Part shown: piece by piece, positions 27,948 through 38,541 of the stretch
Numbering within the stretch: the stretch's first letter is position 1
How the letters are laid out: each line of letters opens with the position of its first letter
Assembly: GCA_046483305.1 (NCBI GenBank)
Contig: JAWODM010000014.1
Location: 63,925-127,924, forward strand
DNA length: 64,000 nucleotides
DNA from: Candidatus Krumholzibacteriales bacterium
GTDB taxonomy: Bacteria > Krumholzibacteriota > Krumholzibacteriia > Krumholzibacteriales > WJIX01
Direction of reading: 5' to 3'
Made by a program: the position numbers and the translations under genes
Notes under the pieces: model-generated
The model's input: the letters and a program-made list of their open reading frames with translations, nothing else
What the model was told of the DNA's origin: nothing
Database searches by the model: none

Positions 27948-30275
27948 ATGGCAGAGAGAAGCGGTATTGCCGGCAGCGGTATATCTACCAGATTTGAAGC
28001 CTTTATTCCTTTTCTTGAAGGGGCCGGTTCTGACCCGGATAATCCGGAAAGCTTCATTCTGAGCAGGCTGGCGGAGAGCCCAGTGCCGCCGGCCATGCTG
28101 CTCACTCTCGCGGCAAGGGCGGGGTTTGAGGGGATCCCGGTTCTCAAACAGGCCGCTCTGGCCGCCGGCGACAACAGCCTGTTCGGGCCCCCTGAAAACA
28201 GAGAGCCCAATAGCTGTCAGGGCCCTTCGGATCTCTCCGGATCCACCGGACAGCACACCCTGGAATCGGTCTTCGAGACCCTGTTTGAGAGGCTGGGAGA
28301 GAGAAGGGATCAGCAGATCAGGATGGCCCGGTCGGTAATGGATACCCTCCGGGAGGAAAAGATCACCCTGATAGAAGCTGGTACCGGGACCGGAAAATCT
28401 CTGGCTTACCTGGTTCCGTCTGCGATATTCGCCATGGAGGCCGGAGAGAGAATAGTAGTGTCCACCCATACCAGGAACCTCCAGAACCAGCTGTATGAGC
28501 GTGAGATAGAACTGGTGCGGGATGCCCTGGCCCCCGGTATCAGGGCTGCCCGGCTGGTGGGAAGAGAAAACTATATCTGTGCCAAGAGATTGATTTCGGA
28601 GGTCAGCCGGCTGGGGGGCTCCGACCCTCCGGAAGCTCTCCGCCTGGCGCTAAGCGCCGCTTTCGCCTCGGGGGGTACCGTGGATGAAGCGCCGGCGGAA
28701 TGCCGGGGGAGTATATCCGCGCCTTCAAGGTGCAGGATGAACCGCTGCGGTTATTCGGAGAACTGCCCCCTGCTGAAGGCCAGAAAGAAAGCTTCCGAAG
28801 CTGATATATTATTCGTCAACCATGCCCTTGCCCTGGCCGACTACAGCGGCGGAGGCAGGGTTCTGGGAGGGTATCATTCCATTATCTTCGACGAGGCTCA
28901 CCACCTGGAGAGGTCTGTAATGGAAAACCTTTCGGTATCGGTCTCTCCGGGCGATGTCAGTTCCGTTCTGGAGTGGATCAGGCCGATTGACCCGGAAGAG
29001 GAAAGGTGGAAGTTCCTGGTCAACGAACTCGAAGCCGCCTCCCCCGGCGGGGAATGGAAAGAGGTGGTCAAACGGGCCTCGTCGCTGGCTGCGGGGACAG
29101 AGCGTCAGTGGAGGAGTATCTTCAGGGATTTGAACTCCGAACTCAACAGTTCGGGAGGACTCAGCTCCGTGAAGAAGAGATATTACGACGGGGATGAAAC
29201 ATTCGGCGACGTCAGAGGCCCTATAGATAGTTACTTAAGCTACAATAAGCAGTTATGCGATTCACTCAATATGCTTACTAAGGTGGAGGCAGAGTCAGGT
29301 ATCCGCTCGTTTCAGCAGGAGATAGAGATAGCGGGGAGTCAACTGGCCGAGATTTCCGAGGCGGCCGGTTACCTTACCGGCGTGCTGGATGATGAGGTGG
29401 TATACTGGATCGAGTGGAACAGCAGAGGCAGGATCGCGGCTATCTGCGGGTCCCCCCTCAGGGTGGACAGGCGGTTCGCCGACTTTCTCACGGACAGCTG
29501 CAGGTCGGCGGTTCTTACTTCGGCCACCATCTCGCAGAACGGCTCCTTTGATTATATCAGCGGATGCCTGGGCACCGGGCTCACCGGCAGGGAAGTAAAC
29601 GGATATATAGAGCCCTCAACCCTGGTAAACGACCGGAATTGCAGGATAATTCTCAGGTCTGACCTTCAGAACCCCAACCTGGACAGTTTCTCGGAGCGGG
29701 TGGCGGAGCTGATCCGGGAGCTTTCCCGTAATCAGGGAAGAAGGATTCTGGCGCTGTTCACCTCGTACAGAATGTGCAACCTGACCGCTGAACAGCTTAA
29801 AGGCGGCAAGCTTGCCGGCCCCCTGCTGGTTCAGGGAGAAGGGCTCAGCAGGGATCTTCTCTCCGAGCGGTTCAGGAGCAGCAGTGGCGCCGTGCTGCTC
29901 GGTGTAGCCAGTTTCTGGGAAGGCGTTGATTTCCCGGGAACCCAGCTGGAGATACTGATCATTCCCAAGATACCGTTCCCGGTTCCCACTGACCCGATGG
30001 TTGAGGCGCGCACGGATATGATCAGAAGAACGGGGGGAAATCCCTTTACCGGGCTGTTCCTGCCGGAGGCGATTCTCAGGCTCAGGCAGGGGATCGGCCG
30101 CCTGATCAGGGGGGCGGCCGACCGCGGAGTAGTAGTGATAATGGATTCGAGGATTCAGGTCAAATCTTACGGCAGGCAGATAATTGATTCCCTCCCAACC
30201 GAGCCCCTGCTGGTATTTTCAGGAGAGGAGGTAGTCTCGGAGTCGGAAGCCTTTTTTGATAAGGGAGGATCATAA
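27948..30275 (+). CDS. dinG: DinG/YoaA-family ATP-dependent helicase
   Basis: EAGTGTGKS, GRENYIC plus a Cys cluster, DEAHH, TSAT, LFTSY, FWEGVD, QGIGRLIR. Confidence 0.85.
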   Translation: MAERSGIAGSGISTRFEAFIPFLEGAGSDPDNPESFILSRLAESPVPPAMLLTLAARAGFEGIPVLKQAALAAGDNSLFGPPENREPNSCQGPSDLSGSTGQHTLESVFETLFERLGERRDQQIRMARSVMDTLREEKITLIEAGTGTGKSLAYLVPSAIFAMEAGERIVVSTHTRNLQNQLYEREIELVRDALAPGIRAARLVGRENYICAKRLISEVSRLGGSDPPEALRLALSAAFASGGTVDEAPAECRGSISAPSRCRMNRCGYSENCPLLKARKKASEADILFVNHALALADYSGGGRVLGGYHSIIFDEAHHLERSVMENLSVSVSPGDVSSVLEWIRPIDPEEERWKFLVNELEAASPGGEWKEVVKRASSLAAGTERQWRSIFRDLNSELNSSGGLSSVKKRYYDGDETFGDVRGPIDSYLSYNKQLCDSLNMLTKVEAESGIRSFQQEIEIAGSQLAEISEAAGYLTGVLDDEVVYWIEWNSRGRIAAICGSPLRVDRRFADFLTDSCRSAVLTSATISQNGSFDYISGCLGTGLTGREVNGYIEPSTLVNDRNCRIILRSDLQNPNLDSFSERVAELIRELSRNQGRRILALFTSYRMCNLTAEQLKGGKLAGPLLVQGEGLSRDLLSERFRSSSGAVLLGVASFWEGVDFPGTQLEILIIPKIPFPVPTDPMVEARTDMIRRTGGNPFTGLFLPEAILRLRQGIGRLIRGAADRGVVVIMDSRIQVKSYGRQIIDSLPTEPLLVFSGEEVVSESEAFFDKGGS

Positions 30276-30463
30276 TTGAAGATATTCTTCGGCGCTGTCC
30301 GGCCGCCATTTAAATCTATGTTTTTATTATATGATTTGTTAACATTCATGAAAACCTTCTGTATGGGGGGATCAGAAACAGCTGACAGGCCGGACTGCTG
30401 TCGCCCCTGCGGCCGGCCTCCCGCCAGGTTCAGAGACAGATTGATTCCGGAGGTGATAAGTTT

Positions 30464-32125
30464 ATGAGTTCAGTAAATATAAGAGCTCCCAGAGGGAGCG
30501 AGATAAGCTGCAAGGGCTGGTTTCAGGAAGCGGCCCTGAGGATGCTGATGAACAACCTGGACAGCGAGAACGCAGAGAACCCAGATGAACTGGTAGTATA
30601 CGGCGGTACCGGCAAAGCCGCCAGAAACTGGGACTGTTATCATGCCATAGTCAGAGAGCTGAAGAATCTTGAGAATGACCAGACCCTGCTGATACAGTCC
30701 GGGAAACCGGTGGGTGTCTTCGATTCCCATGAAGGCGCTCCCCGGGTCCTGATCGCCAACTCTCTGCTGGTTCCAAGGTGGGCTACCTGGGAACATTTCT
30801 GGGAGCTGGAGACCAAGAACAAGATGATGTACGGCCAGATGACGGCCGGCTCATGGATGTATATCGGAACCCAGGGGATACTCCAGGGAACTTACGAGAC
30901 CTTAGCAGAATGCGCCAGGAAGCACTTCGGGGGAGACCTCAGGGGGAGGTTCGTTCTTTCCGGCGGGCTTGGCGGGATGAGCGGCGCGCAGCCCCTGGCG
31001 GTTACCATGAACGGAGGGGTGTGCCTGATAGTGGAGGTTGACGAGAAGCGGATCCGCAAAAGACTGGATACCAGGTACCTGGACGTGATGGAGACAGATC
31101 TGGACAGGGCTCTTTCCAGAGTGGACCGGGCGGTCGAAAAAAAGGAGCCGCTTTCGGTCGGCCTTCTCGGCAATGCCTCCGATGTGTTCAGAGAGCTCGC
31201 TGACAGGGGTATAATACCTGACGTGGTTACCGATCAGACCTCAGCCCACGACGCCCTTAACGGATACATTCCAAGCGGTTACGACGTGGACGAGGCCGCC
31301 GAGCTCAGAAGGAAGGATCCGGACAGGTATGTGAAAGAGGCGATTGAATCGATAGTCGTTCATGTTCAGGCGATGCTCGATTTCCAGAAGGAAGGGGCGA
31401 TAGTCTTCGATTACGGCAATAATATCCGGGGCCAGGCCAGAGAGGGAGGGCTGGAAAACGCCTTCGATTTCCCCGGTTTCGTTCCCGCCTTTATAAGGCC
31501 GATGTTCTGTATAGGGAAGGGGCCTTTCCGCTGGCTGGCCCTCTCCGGCAGGGAAGAGGACCTTTACAGGACCGATGACCTGGTGCTGGAGCTTTTCCCG
31601 GAGAAGGAATCACTGGCGAGATGGATTAAGCTGGCCCGCGAAAAAGTGGCGTTCCAGGGCCTTCCCGCCCGCATCTGCTGGCTGTCATACGGAGAAAGAG
31701 AGAAGCTGGGAGTGGCCATGAACGATCTGGTGGCCAGCGGCGAGATTTCAGCTCCCATTGTAATCGGAAGGGACCATCTGGACAGCGGTTCGGTGGCTTC
31801 CCCCTTCCGGGAAACAGAGAGTATGAAGGACGGCACCGACGCAGTGGCGGACTGGCCGATTCTCAATGCTCTACTGAACGCGGTTAACGGCGCGGCCTGG
31901 GTATCGGTGCACCACGGAGGAGGCGTGGGTATGGGCCTTTCCATCCATGCGGGGCTGGCAGTGGTGGCCGACGGGACCGAAAAAGGGCGTGAAAAGCTGA
32001 TAAGGTGCCTGAGGGGAGACCCTGGCACAGGGATTGCACGACACGCTGATGCAGGCTATGAAATAGCCGTTAACAAGGCGAAAGATGCGGGAATAAACAT
32101 CCCAATGCTTGAAGAGAAAAGCTGA
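30464..32125 (+). CDS. hutU: urocanate hydratase
   Basis: [43 protein letters not shown]. Confidence 0.95.
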   Translation: MSSVNIRAPRGSEISCKGWFQEAALRMLMNNLDSENAENPDELVVYGGTGKAARNWDCYHAIVRELKNLENDQTLLIQSGKPVGVFDSHEGAPRVLIANSLLVPRWATWEHFWELETKNKMMYGQMTAGSWMYIGTQGILQGTYETLAECARKHFGGDLRGRFVLSGGLGGMSGAQPLAVTMNGGVCLIVEVDEKRIRKRLDTRYLDVMETDLDRALSRVDRAVEKKEPLSVGLLGNASDVFRELADRGIIPDVVTDQTSAHDALNGYIPSGYDVDEAAELRRKDPDRYVKEAIESIVVHVQAMLDFQKEGAIVFDYGNNIRGQAREGGLENAFDFPGFVPAFIRPMFCIGKGPFRWLALSGREEDLYRTDDLVLELFPEKESLARWIKLAREKVAFQGLPARICWLSYGEREKLGVAMNDLVASGEISAPIVIGRDHLDSGSVASPFRETESMKDGTDAVADWPILNALLNAVNGAAWVSVHHGGGVGMGLSIHAGLAVVADGTEKGREKLIRCLRGDPGTGIARHADAGYEIAVNKAKDAGINIPMLEEKS

Positions 32126-32221
32126 TTGAAGAGATGATTTTTTTTCAGGCCTTTCGTTTATTTAAGTTATGCATTTTGCTTGAGTTAACTGCTTATTGTT
32201 TCATTATGCAAGGAGTGGCGC

Positions 32222-33508
32222 TTGGTCGAAACAGTTGATTTATTACTTCTTGGCGCCGGACAATTGATAACCTGCCGGGCTGAAAAGCCCCTGAGAGGGA
32301 AAGATCTTTCGGATCCCGGCATCATAGAGGATGGTGCGTTGGCGGTGCGCGATGGCAGAATTATTGCCACGGGTACTACCGGTGAGCTGGAGAGAAAATT
32401 CAGGGACAGCGATCTGTCTGAGATAATAGACGCGGAGGGGAGAGTTGTAATGCCGGGTTGGGTTGACCCCCACACTCACGCTGTATTCCCGGGATACAGG
32501 GCCGATGAATACGAAGCCCGTATCAGGGGCGACAGCTACCTGGAGATAGAGAAGAGGGGCGGAGGGATAAAGAGGACAGTGAGGGATTTGAGAAGTACCG
32601 GCGAAGACAGATTATTCGAACTGAGCAGGAGGCGTCTCCTGAAGATGATAAGGTCAGGAGTGACCTCTCTGGAGATTAAGAGCGGGTACGGGCTGGACCT
32701 TGAGAATGAGTTGAAAATGCTTCGGGTGATATCCAGGCTCTCGGAGAAGCTCCCACTTGATATCGTGCCTACTTTCATGGGAGCTCATCAGAAGCCGGAA
32801 GAGGACCCGGATGGTTACGTTAAACTGCTTGTCGAGGATATGATACCGAAAGTGGCGGAAACAGGCCTGGCAGAATATATCGACGTATTCTGCGAGAAAG
32901 GCGTTTTCGGCCTGGAAGAGACCAGGGAGGTTCTGGATGCGGGGAAAAAGCATGGATTCGGGCTTAAAGCCCACACTGACGAGATATTCGCCATAGGGGG
33001 GACTGAACTTGCGGTTGAAATGGGAGCGGTGTCGGTGGAACATCTGACCAGAATAACACCCGGGGGGATAAGGGCGCTTGCAGAGAGCGAAACCATCGGG
33101 ATAATTCTTCCCGGGACATCCTTCGGCCTGGCTTCCAGCCATTTTGCCCCCGCCAGGGAACTGGTGGACTCCGGAGCGGCTATAGCTATCGCCACTGATT
33201 TCAATCCGGGAAGCAATCCCTCTTCCTCGATGCCGCTTGCGGTATCGATAGCATGTTCTCAGATGGGGTTGATCCCGGCAGAAGCGATAAACGCCGCCAC
33301 CGTGAATGCAGCCTGGTCAATCGGGCTGGGCGATGAGACCGGATCCCTGATGGAGGGGAAAAAGGGCGACCTGGTGGTTTACGATATAGAGGATTACCGC
33401 GAGATACCGGCAAGGGCGGGCCTGGATCATTCCGTCATGGTGGTCAAGGAGGGCAGCCTTGTCTGGGAGAGGGAAGGATTCAGGAGAGAGAGTGAGGTTG
33501 GAGTGTGA
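32222..33508 (+). CDS. hutI: imidazolonepropionase
   Basis: PGWVDPHTH, EIKSGYGL, DVFCE, ATDFNPG; follows hutU. Confidence 0.92.
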   Translation: MVETVDLLLLGAGQLITCRAEKPLRGKDLSDPGIIEDGALAVRDGRIIATGTTGELERKFRDSDLSEIIDAEGRVVMPGWVDPHTHAVFPGYRADEYEARIRGDSYLEIEKRGGGIKRTVRDLRSTGEDRLFELSRRRLLKMIRSGVTSLEIKSGYGLDLENELKMLRVISRLSEKLPLDIVPTFMGAHQKPEEDPDGYVKLLVEDMIPKVAETGLAEYIDVFCEKGVFGLEETREVLDAGKKHGFGLKAHTDEIFAIGGTELAVEMGAVSVEHLTRITPGGIRALAESETIGIILPGTSFGLASSHFAPARELVDSGAAIAIATDFNPGSNPSSSMPLAVSIACSQMGLIPAEAINAATVNAAWSIGLGDETGSLMEGKKGDLVVYDIEDYREIPARAGLDHSVMVVKEGSLVWEREGFRRESEVGV

Positions 33509-34926
33509 GCAAGATAAACAAAAAGAGAAGAGAAGCACAGGACCTCATCAAGAAGGGCAAGCTCAGTAAGGCTATTGAGCTGTACCGTAAGATTATTTCC
33601 AGGCAGGCCAATAATCCCAATCTGCACAACGAACTCGGAGATATTTACTTCAGGGCGGGAGACCGGGTACAAGCGGTCTCCTCATTTGAGAACGCCATCG
33701 AGAATTATGAAAAGATGGGGTTGTATAATAATGCCGTTGCTGTATGCAAGAAGGTGCTGAGGATATTCCCTGACAGGCTGATAACCATATACGAGCTGGG
33801 TGAATTGAAGGCCAAACAGGGGTTTGGCAGCGACGCGGCCGAACATTTTTCACACTACCTGAATATGCTGGTCAGCAACTCCAATATGCCACCCGACGGG
33901 GTGGAGGAAAGGCTGGAATTAATTCTCGAATACATGAAGGGGAAATTCGAAGTCCTTGATCTGGTGGTGGACGCTTTCGTGTCGCTGGAGATGAATATGA
34001 AGGCCGCGGAAGTGCTGGTGTCCATCCTGAATGATGCGTGCGGGAGCGGAAGCGAAGCGGTAGGCGGAAATTGCAGGGAAAGGCTGGAGCGCCTTATGCA
34101 GTCGCTCACCCCGGACCAGAAAAGCAAGATAGACGAGCAACTGAGCTCCGCCGACGGGCCGGACCCAGGCGCTGCCGGAGACCGGATGGATATGGAAGAT
34201 GTGGTTTCGGAGAAAGTGGTGGGGACTGAGGATATCATTTCAGGTTCGGAATATATAGACGAGGGGGAATCGGATTCCCCTGAAACCCATTCCGGGGGGG
34301 ATAACACAGCCGGCCAGGAAACAGGAGACTCCCTGTACGATATGGATGACCCGGAGACCGGAGACAGTCCCGCTGCCGGTTCCGAGCGGGTGGAGGAGGA
34401 AGTTTTCCCCCCGCCGGAGCTGGATGAAGAGGAAGTCGCAGCCGGGGACCATTCTTCCAGAGCGGATGAAACGCAAAGTTTCGCGGAGCTGATTGATTCT
34501 GTCAGCGACGAAAGCGGCGAGTCTCTGGCGGGGCAGATAACCAGCGATATAGACGACGGGGACCTTAAGAGCCACTATGATATGGGGATGGCTTATATTG
34601 AGATGCAGCTCTATGATAAGGCTATAAAGGAGCTTCAGATAGCGTCCCGGGCCGATGAGATGAAACTGCGCTCACTGGAGATGATAGGGCTGTGCTTCAT
34701 TTCCAAACAGGAGCCCCGCCTGGCTGTAAAACAGCTGGAGAGAGGGCTGGAGATATCGGAAAAACTGGGGGCGGAGAACCTGGGAATTCATTACAATCTG
34801 GGACTGGCTTACGAAGCCCTCGACGAAACAGAAAAGGCCCGCGAGCATTTCGAGCAGGTCTATATCGTGGACGTTACCTTCCGCGAAATCAAAGAGAAGA
34901 TGCAGAAATTCAAAACCCTTACCTGA
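33505..34926 (+). CDS. TPR protein with acidic linker (SgmX-like)
   Basis: N-terminal TPRs, a long D/E-rich linker and C-terminal TPRs starting HYDMGMAYIEMQL. Confidence 0.7.
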   Translation: MSKINKKRREAQDLIKKGKLSKAIELYRKIISRQANNPNLHNELGDIYFRAGDRVQAVSSFENAIENYEKMGLYNNAVAVCKKVLRIFPDRLITIYELGELKAKQGFGSDAAEHFSHYLNMLVSNSNMPPDGVEERLELILEYMKGKFEVLDLVVDAFVSLEMNMKAAEVLVSILNDACGSGSEAVGGNCRERLERLMQSLTPDQKSKIDEQLSSADGPDPGAAGDRMDMEDVVSEKVVGTEDIISGSEYIDEGESDSPETHSGGDNTAGQETGDSLYDMDDPETGDSPAAGSERVEEEVFPPPELDEEEVAAGDHSSRADETQSFAELIDSVSDESGESLAGQITSDIDDGDLKSHYDMGMAYIEMQLYDKAIKELQIASRADEMKLRSLEMIGLCFISKQEPRLAVKQLERGLEISEKLGAENLGIHYNLGLAYEALDETEKAREHFEQVYIVDVTFREIKEKMQKFKTLT

Positions 34927-34937
34927 AAACGGAATTA

Positions 34938-35765
34938 ATGGACAAGCCATGTGACCTTCATATTCATTCGGCCTATTCGGATGGAATTCTCTCTCCCGGC
35001 GAAATTGTCAAAAGGGCCAGCCGGAAAGGGCTGGCAGCCGTGGCGGTGACGGATCATGACACTACCGGGGGGCAGGAGGAAGCGGTCGCAGCCGGCCTGG
35101 AATACGGAATCGATGTGATCCGCGGGATTGAATTCAGCGCGTTAGAGGATGGAAGAGGGTTCCATATACTGGGTTACCTTATAGACCTGAATGACCGGGC
35201 AATCATCGAGAGCGTGGAGTGGCTCAGGGAGAAGAGGCTGGTAAGATTCAGAGAGATGCTGGATAAACTGGATGGCCTCGGTTTCCGGATTGACATGGAT
35301 TATATTCGGGATTCGGAGGAGATCGATTCCTACGGCCGGCCCCACCTGGCCAGAATGATGCTTGAGAACGGTTTTATATCCCACTATCAGGAAGCTTATT
35401 CCAGATACCTGGGCAACGGCCGGGTGGCTCATGTGGCCAAAGAGGTTCTGCCGCTGCAGAAGGTTATTGAACTGATCAGAAATGCCGGAGGCGTTCCGGT
35501 ATGGGCTCATCCCGGAGGCAGGATTCTCGCCGGCGGGCATCTGAAGAATATGATGGAGATGGGGCTGCAGGGCGTGGAAGTATGGCACCCCAACCATAAT
35601 TCCGATCTGGAGCACAGGATAGCGGCGGTAGCCGCCGAGTACGGGCTGGTAGCCACCGGGGGTTCGGACTTCCATTTTGAGGAGGGGATGAAAGTTGATA
35701 TCGGAGGCAAGCACGCCCCCTTCAGTTCGGTCCAGCGCCTGCGCGAGCTGGCTGATTTATCTTGA
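34938..35765 (+). CDS. PHP-domain metal-dependent phosphoesterase (TrpH/YciV-like)
   Basis: DLHIHSAYSDG, TDHD, GRPH, AHP, GGSDFH. Start reassigned to ATG 34938. Confidence 0.88.
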   Translation: MDKPCDLHIHSAYSDGILSPGEIVKRASRKGLAAVAVTDHDTTGGQEEAVAAGLEYGIDVIRGIEFSALEDGRGFHILGYLIDLNDRAIIESVEWLREKRLVRFREMLDKLDGLGFRIDMDYIRDSEEIDSYGRPHLARMMLENGFISHYQEAYSRYLGNGRVAHVAKEVLPLQKVIELIRNAGGVPVWAHPGGRILAGGHLKNMMEMGLQGVEVWHPNHNSDLEHRIAAVAAEYGLVATGGSDFHFEEGMKVDIGGKHAPFSSVQRLRELADLS

Positions 35766-35839
35766 CCGCCGCGCATTTCTTGCTTAGAGTTTCCATTGAC
35801 ATCAAGCCGCTCTTGTATCGCTCAGCGCCGGGTACAGTT

Positions 35840-36388
35840 ATGAAACCAGACGGTAAAAGACAGAATATCATTCTAACAGCTCTCTTTACTTCGCTGGCCG
35901 TGGTCCTGGGATACGTTATGGCGGCGGTTCCCAATGTGGAACTGATGACTCTTACTGTTTTCCTCGGCGGGATATTTACCGGCCCCCGCTACGGAGCGGT
36001 CACAGGTTTTCTCTCCATAATCATTTTCTCCCTGTTTAATCCTTATGGGGCGGCCCTTCCGCCCCTGCTGGCGGCCCAGGTCGCCGGATTCACGGTGGCT
36101 GGAGCCGCCGGGGGTATGATGAGGGGGATAATAAGGCGGGGGGGGATGATGACGGCTGCTCTTTCAGGTTTTTTTATAACGCTGTTTTATGATATCTTAA
36201 CCACCCTCGCTTCCGCTTATATAGCGTTCGGTCCGGAGAATTTCATGGATGGGCTGATAGGATTCTTTGCGGCGAGCGGGGTTTTCATACTGGCTCACAC
36301 GGGGGTGAACACCCTGATATTTTCACAGGCCGTTACGGCCGTCACGAGGGTTTCTTTTTTTGACGATGCGTATAACAGGATATTGTAA
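35840..36388 (+). CDS. ECF transporter S-component (CbrT-like)
   Basis: Multi-pass membrane protein with an AxxxA helix and PNVELMT motif. The start is uncertain (ATG 35840 or TTG 35762). Confidence 0.65.
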   Translation: MKPDGKRQNIILTALFTSLAVVLGYVMAAVPNVELMTLTVFLGGIFTGPRYGAVTGFLSIIIFSLFNPYGAALPPLLAAQVAGFTVAGAAGGMMRGIIRRGGMMTAALSGFFITLFYDILTTLASAYIAFGPENFMDGLIGFFAASGVFILAHTGVNTLIFSQAVTAVTRVSFFDDAYNRIL

Positions 36389-38159
36389 GCTCGCGGGCCT
36401 GATTCTGCTGATGTGGTGGGCTGCGGCCGCGGAGTGCCGGGCGGCGGCAGGTTCAGACTACTCCGCCTCTTCGGATTCATTGCTGATGCCGGGGGATATC
36501 TATGTAATTGAGTGGGAATACCTGAGGCGGCTGAATATAGATACTTTCGACGACATTCTCCAGATAGCGCCGGGGGTTTCTTCATGGCGGGAGGGAGTTC
36601 CCGGATCCACAACCGGATTTTCGGTTGACGGCTCGAAAACGGCGCTTCTGGTAAACGGCCGGCTGACAGATAATATCTATACCTCCGAACCTCTGGAGAA
36701 GTATGTTGACCTGGGCAGGATGATACGGGTGGAGGTAATTCGCCGGGGGCTTTTTTCTCTCACCGGTGAAATCGGTTCCGGAAACGCCATAAATCTGGTG
36801 GTGGAGAGGGGGGGAAGAGAATCTCCATTCACCCGGGCTGATTTCACGTACGGCGGAAGCAACCGGAGGGCGCGGAGGATATGGTTCTCCACCCCAAGGT
36901 CTCATGTGAGCGCGGCCATATCCTACAATGAATACCTTCAGGATGCCATTGAAGCCCTGGATTACGGCCAGAACAGGCTGATCGGAGACGACCATATGAA
37001 ATCGGTCTCCTTCGATCTGTCGCTGGGAGGGGACCGGGGCGCGCTGGTTCACCTGACCCGGTTCGAGGATTCATTCAACCGTACTGCCTGCCTCCGTTCC
37101 GAGGATATACGCACCAGCGGGTTTGATTCATGGATCGACTATTCAGGAAGCGGATTCCGGGGCTCTGTCAGGCACCGGGGGATTGAGCGGCTTCGCGCTT
37201 ACGGGAGAATGGCCGGGCTCTGCTCCAGCCTCGGGCTGGAGCTGGACCGCAGCCTGGGAAACCTTCACCTGAGAACTTTCCTTAAAGGAAGAAATTATCT
37301 CTTCGAGAACCGCTTCAGCGGAGTGGAAACCGACCCTGAGATACATAACTACTTCGGAGGCGCAACTCTGTTTTCCAGGCTTGCCGGACATTTCCCTCTG
37401 CGGGGTTCCGTATTTCTGGGGGATCACAGCGTATCCGGGAATTATCTGGGGTGGGAGATGGGAGCTGCGCGGGAGGGGGGTGGTGGTTCCTATCAGAGCC
37501 TCACTCTTTCCAGGAAGCCGCAGCTGCCTTCAGCGGCCATGTTCTTTCATCCGGTCTCGGGTCTATCCGCTCCCGAATGCTTCGATATAGTAAGCGCCGG
37601 CTCGGGGGGCCTGAATCCTCAGATGGTCGAAGAGGTATCCGCGGAGAGTTCATCGGGGTTCGGATTGATCCTTAATTTATTCTACCGGAGAATTCATGAC
37701 CTGATCGAACCGGAAGGCCCTGCAGGGGCCTTCGGTAATGCGCCGGGGTTCGAAGAGGTGTCGGGGATCAGGGCCCGGTTCGGAGAGGACCTGAGCTGGC
37801 GGCGGTTTACCCTGGAACTGGAGGCGGGCGGAGAATATTTCTTCGAAACCGGAGGGATAGGAGCGGGGGTGCCCGAATACACGGCCACGGGAAATCTGTA
37901 CCTGAGGTTTCCGATGTTCAGGCGGACCGAAATCATGACCCTGCACCTGAACAGTATGGCGTTCGGGAGGCGTCATTGGTACGGTGAGTCTACAGACCCC
38001 GATTCGGTGCATAACTTTTCCCTCTCGCTGACTCTGATGTCGGCGGTGATAAGGTTTCAGTATAAAAATATACTGGACACCGAATACCAGACTGTTCCGG
38101 GATTCAACATGGCCGAAAGGCACTTCAGGGTCGGAATCCTGTGGAACCTTCCCAATTGA
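36366..38159 (+). CDS. outer-membrane receptor with TonB-dependent plug domain
   Basis: Signal peptide; plug motifs DILQIAPGV, LVNGR, RVEVIRRG, AINLV; C-terminal NILDTEY...PGF...GILWNLPN. Confidence 0.65.
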   Translation: MRITGYCKLAGLILLMWWAAAAECRAAAGSDYSASSDSLLMPGDIYVIEWEYLRRLNIDTFDDILQIAPGVSSWREGVPGSTTGFSVDGSKTALLVNGRLTDNIYTSEPLEKYVDLGRMIRVEVIRRGLFSLTGEIGSGNAINLVVERGGRESPFTRADFTYGGSNRRARRIWFSTPRSHVSAAISYNEYLQDAIEALDYGQNRLIGDDHMKSVSFDLSLGGDRGALVHLTRFEDSFNRTACLRSEDIRTSGFDSWIDYSGSGFRGSVRHRGIERLRAYGRMAGLCSSLGLELDRSLGNLHLRTFLKGRNYLFENRFSGVETDPEIHNYFGGATLFSRLAGHFPLRGSVFLGDHSVSGNYLGWEMGAAREGGGGSYQSLTLSRKPQLPSAAMFFHPVSGLSAPECFDIVSAGSGGLNPQMVEEVSAESSSGFGLILNLFYRRIHDLIEPEGPAGAFGNAPGFEEVSGIRARFGEDLSWRRFTLELEAGGEYFFETGGIGAGVPEYTATGNLYLRFPMFRRTEIMTLHLNSMAFGRRHWYGESTDPDSVHNFSLSLTLMSAVIRFQYKNILDTEYQTVPGFNMAERHFRVGILWNLPN

Positions 38160-38162
38160 TCC

Positions 38163-38189
38163 TGCAGTGGCAAAATATTTGTCACTGCA
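38163..38189. promoter_or_regulatory. near-perfect palindrome (terminator, or enhancer-binding-protein site upstream of pilB)
   Basis: TGCAGTGGCAAA-ATA-TTTGTCACTGCA. Confidence 0.45.
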
Positions 38190-38419
38190 AACCCCTTAAT
38201 TAACGGTTAATTATAATTTGCAATAATTTCGCATAATGCGAATTGGGTGTCCCTCATTATTTTTTATTCCCTCCGGCGAGATTTTCCGATTATGGGGGCT
38301 GCCTGCGCCAGCGGCGGAGTTCATAAATAAGATAATTGAATATTTTTAGGTGGACGGCAGGCGGGCCGATTAACCGCTTATCTTTCCCGCGGGCCCAATA
38401 ATGATAATAACCTTAATAA

Positions 38420-38434
38420 TGGCATATAACTTGC
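38420..38434 (+). promoter_or_regulatory. sigma54 (-24/-12) promoter upstream of pilB
   Basis: TGGCATATAACTTGC, GG-N10-GC spacing. Confidence 0.7.
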
Positions 38435-38541
38435 GGCTGAACTTATTCTGTAAATGTGTGGAATAATCAGCCGATTAATAAGCGAAAAAGATTTTAAATA
38501 TTTGATAGATATTTCAGATCCCGGCCCAGTGGAGGAGATTT

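Noticed and set aside
26958..28469. 503-aa antisense ORF over thiC/dinG, and other long antisense ORFs (38686-39768, 49692-50696, 57893-58996, 62556-63857)
   Set aside because: All lie opposite well-supported genes and have non-protein-like composition.
30276..30467. 63-aa ORF between dinG and hutU
   Set aside because: No motif or convincing RBS; more likely an AT-rich promoter region.
30464..33508. Incomplete hut pathway (no hutH/hutG), and likewise yajC without secDF
   Set aside because: Split operons are common, and the missing genes may lie outside the window.
34692..34937. N-terminal extensions of the PHP ORF (and of fmt, 59803-60048)
   Set aside because: They overlap the upstream genes; conserved motifs begin at ATG 34938 and ATG 60049.
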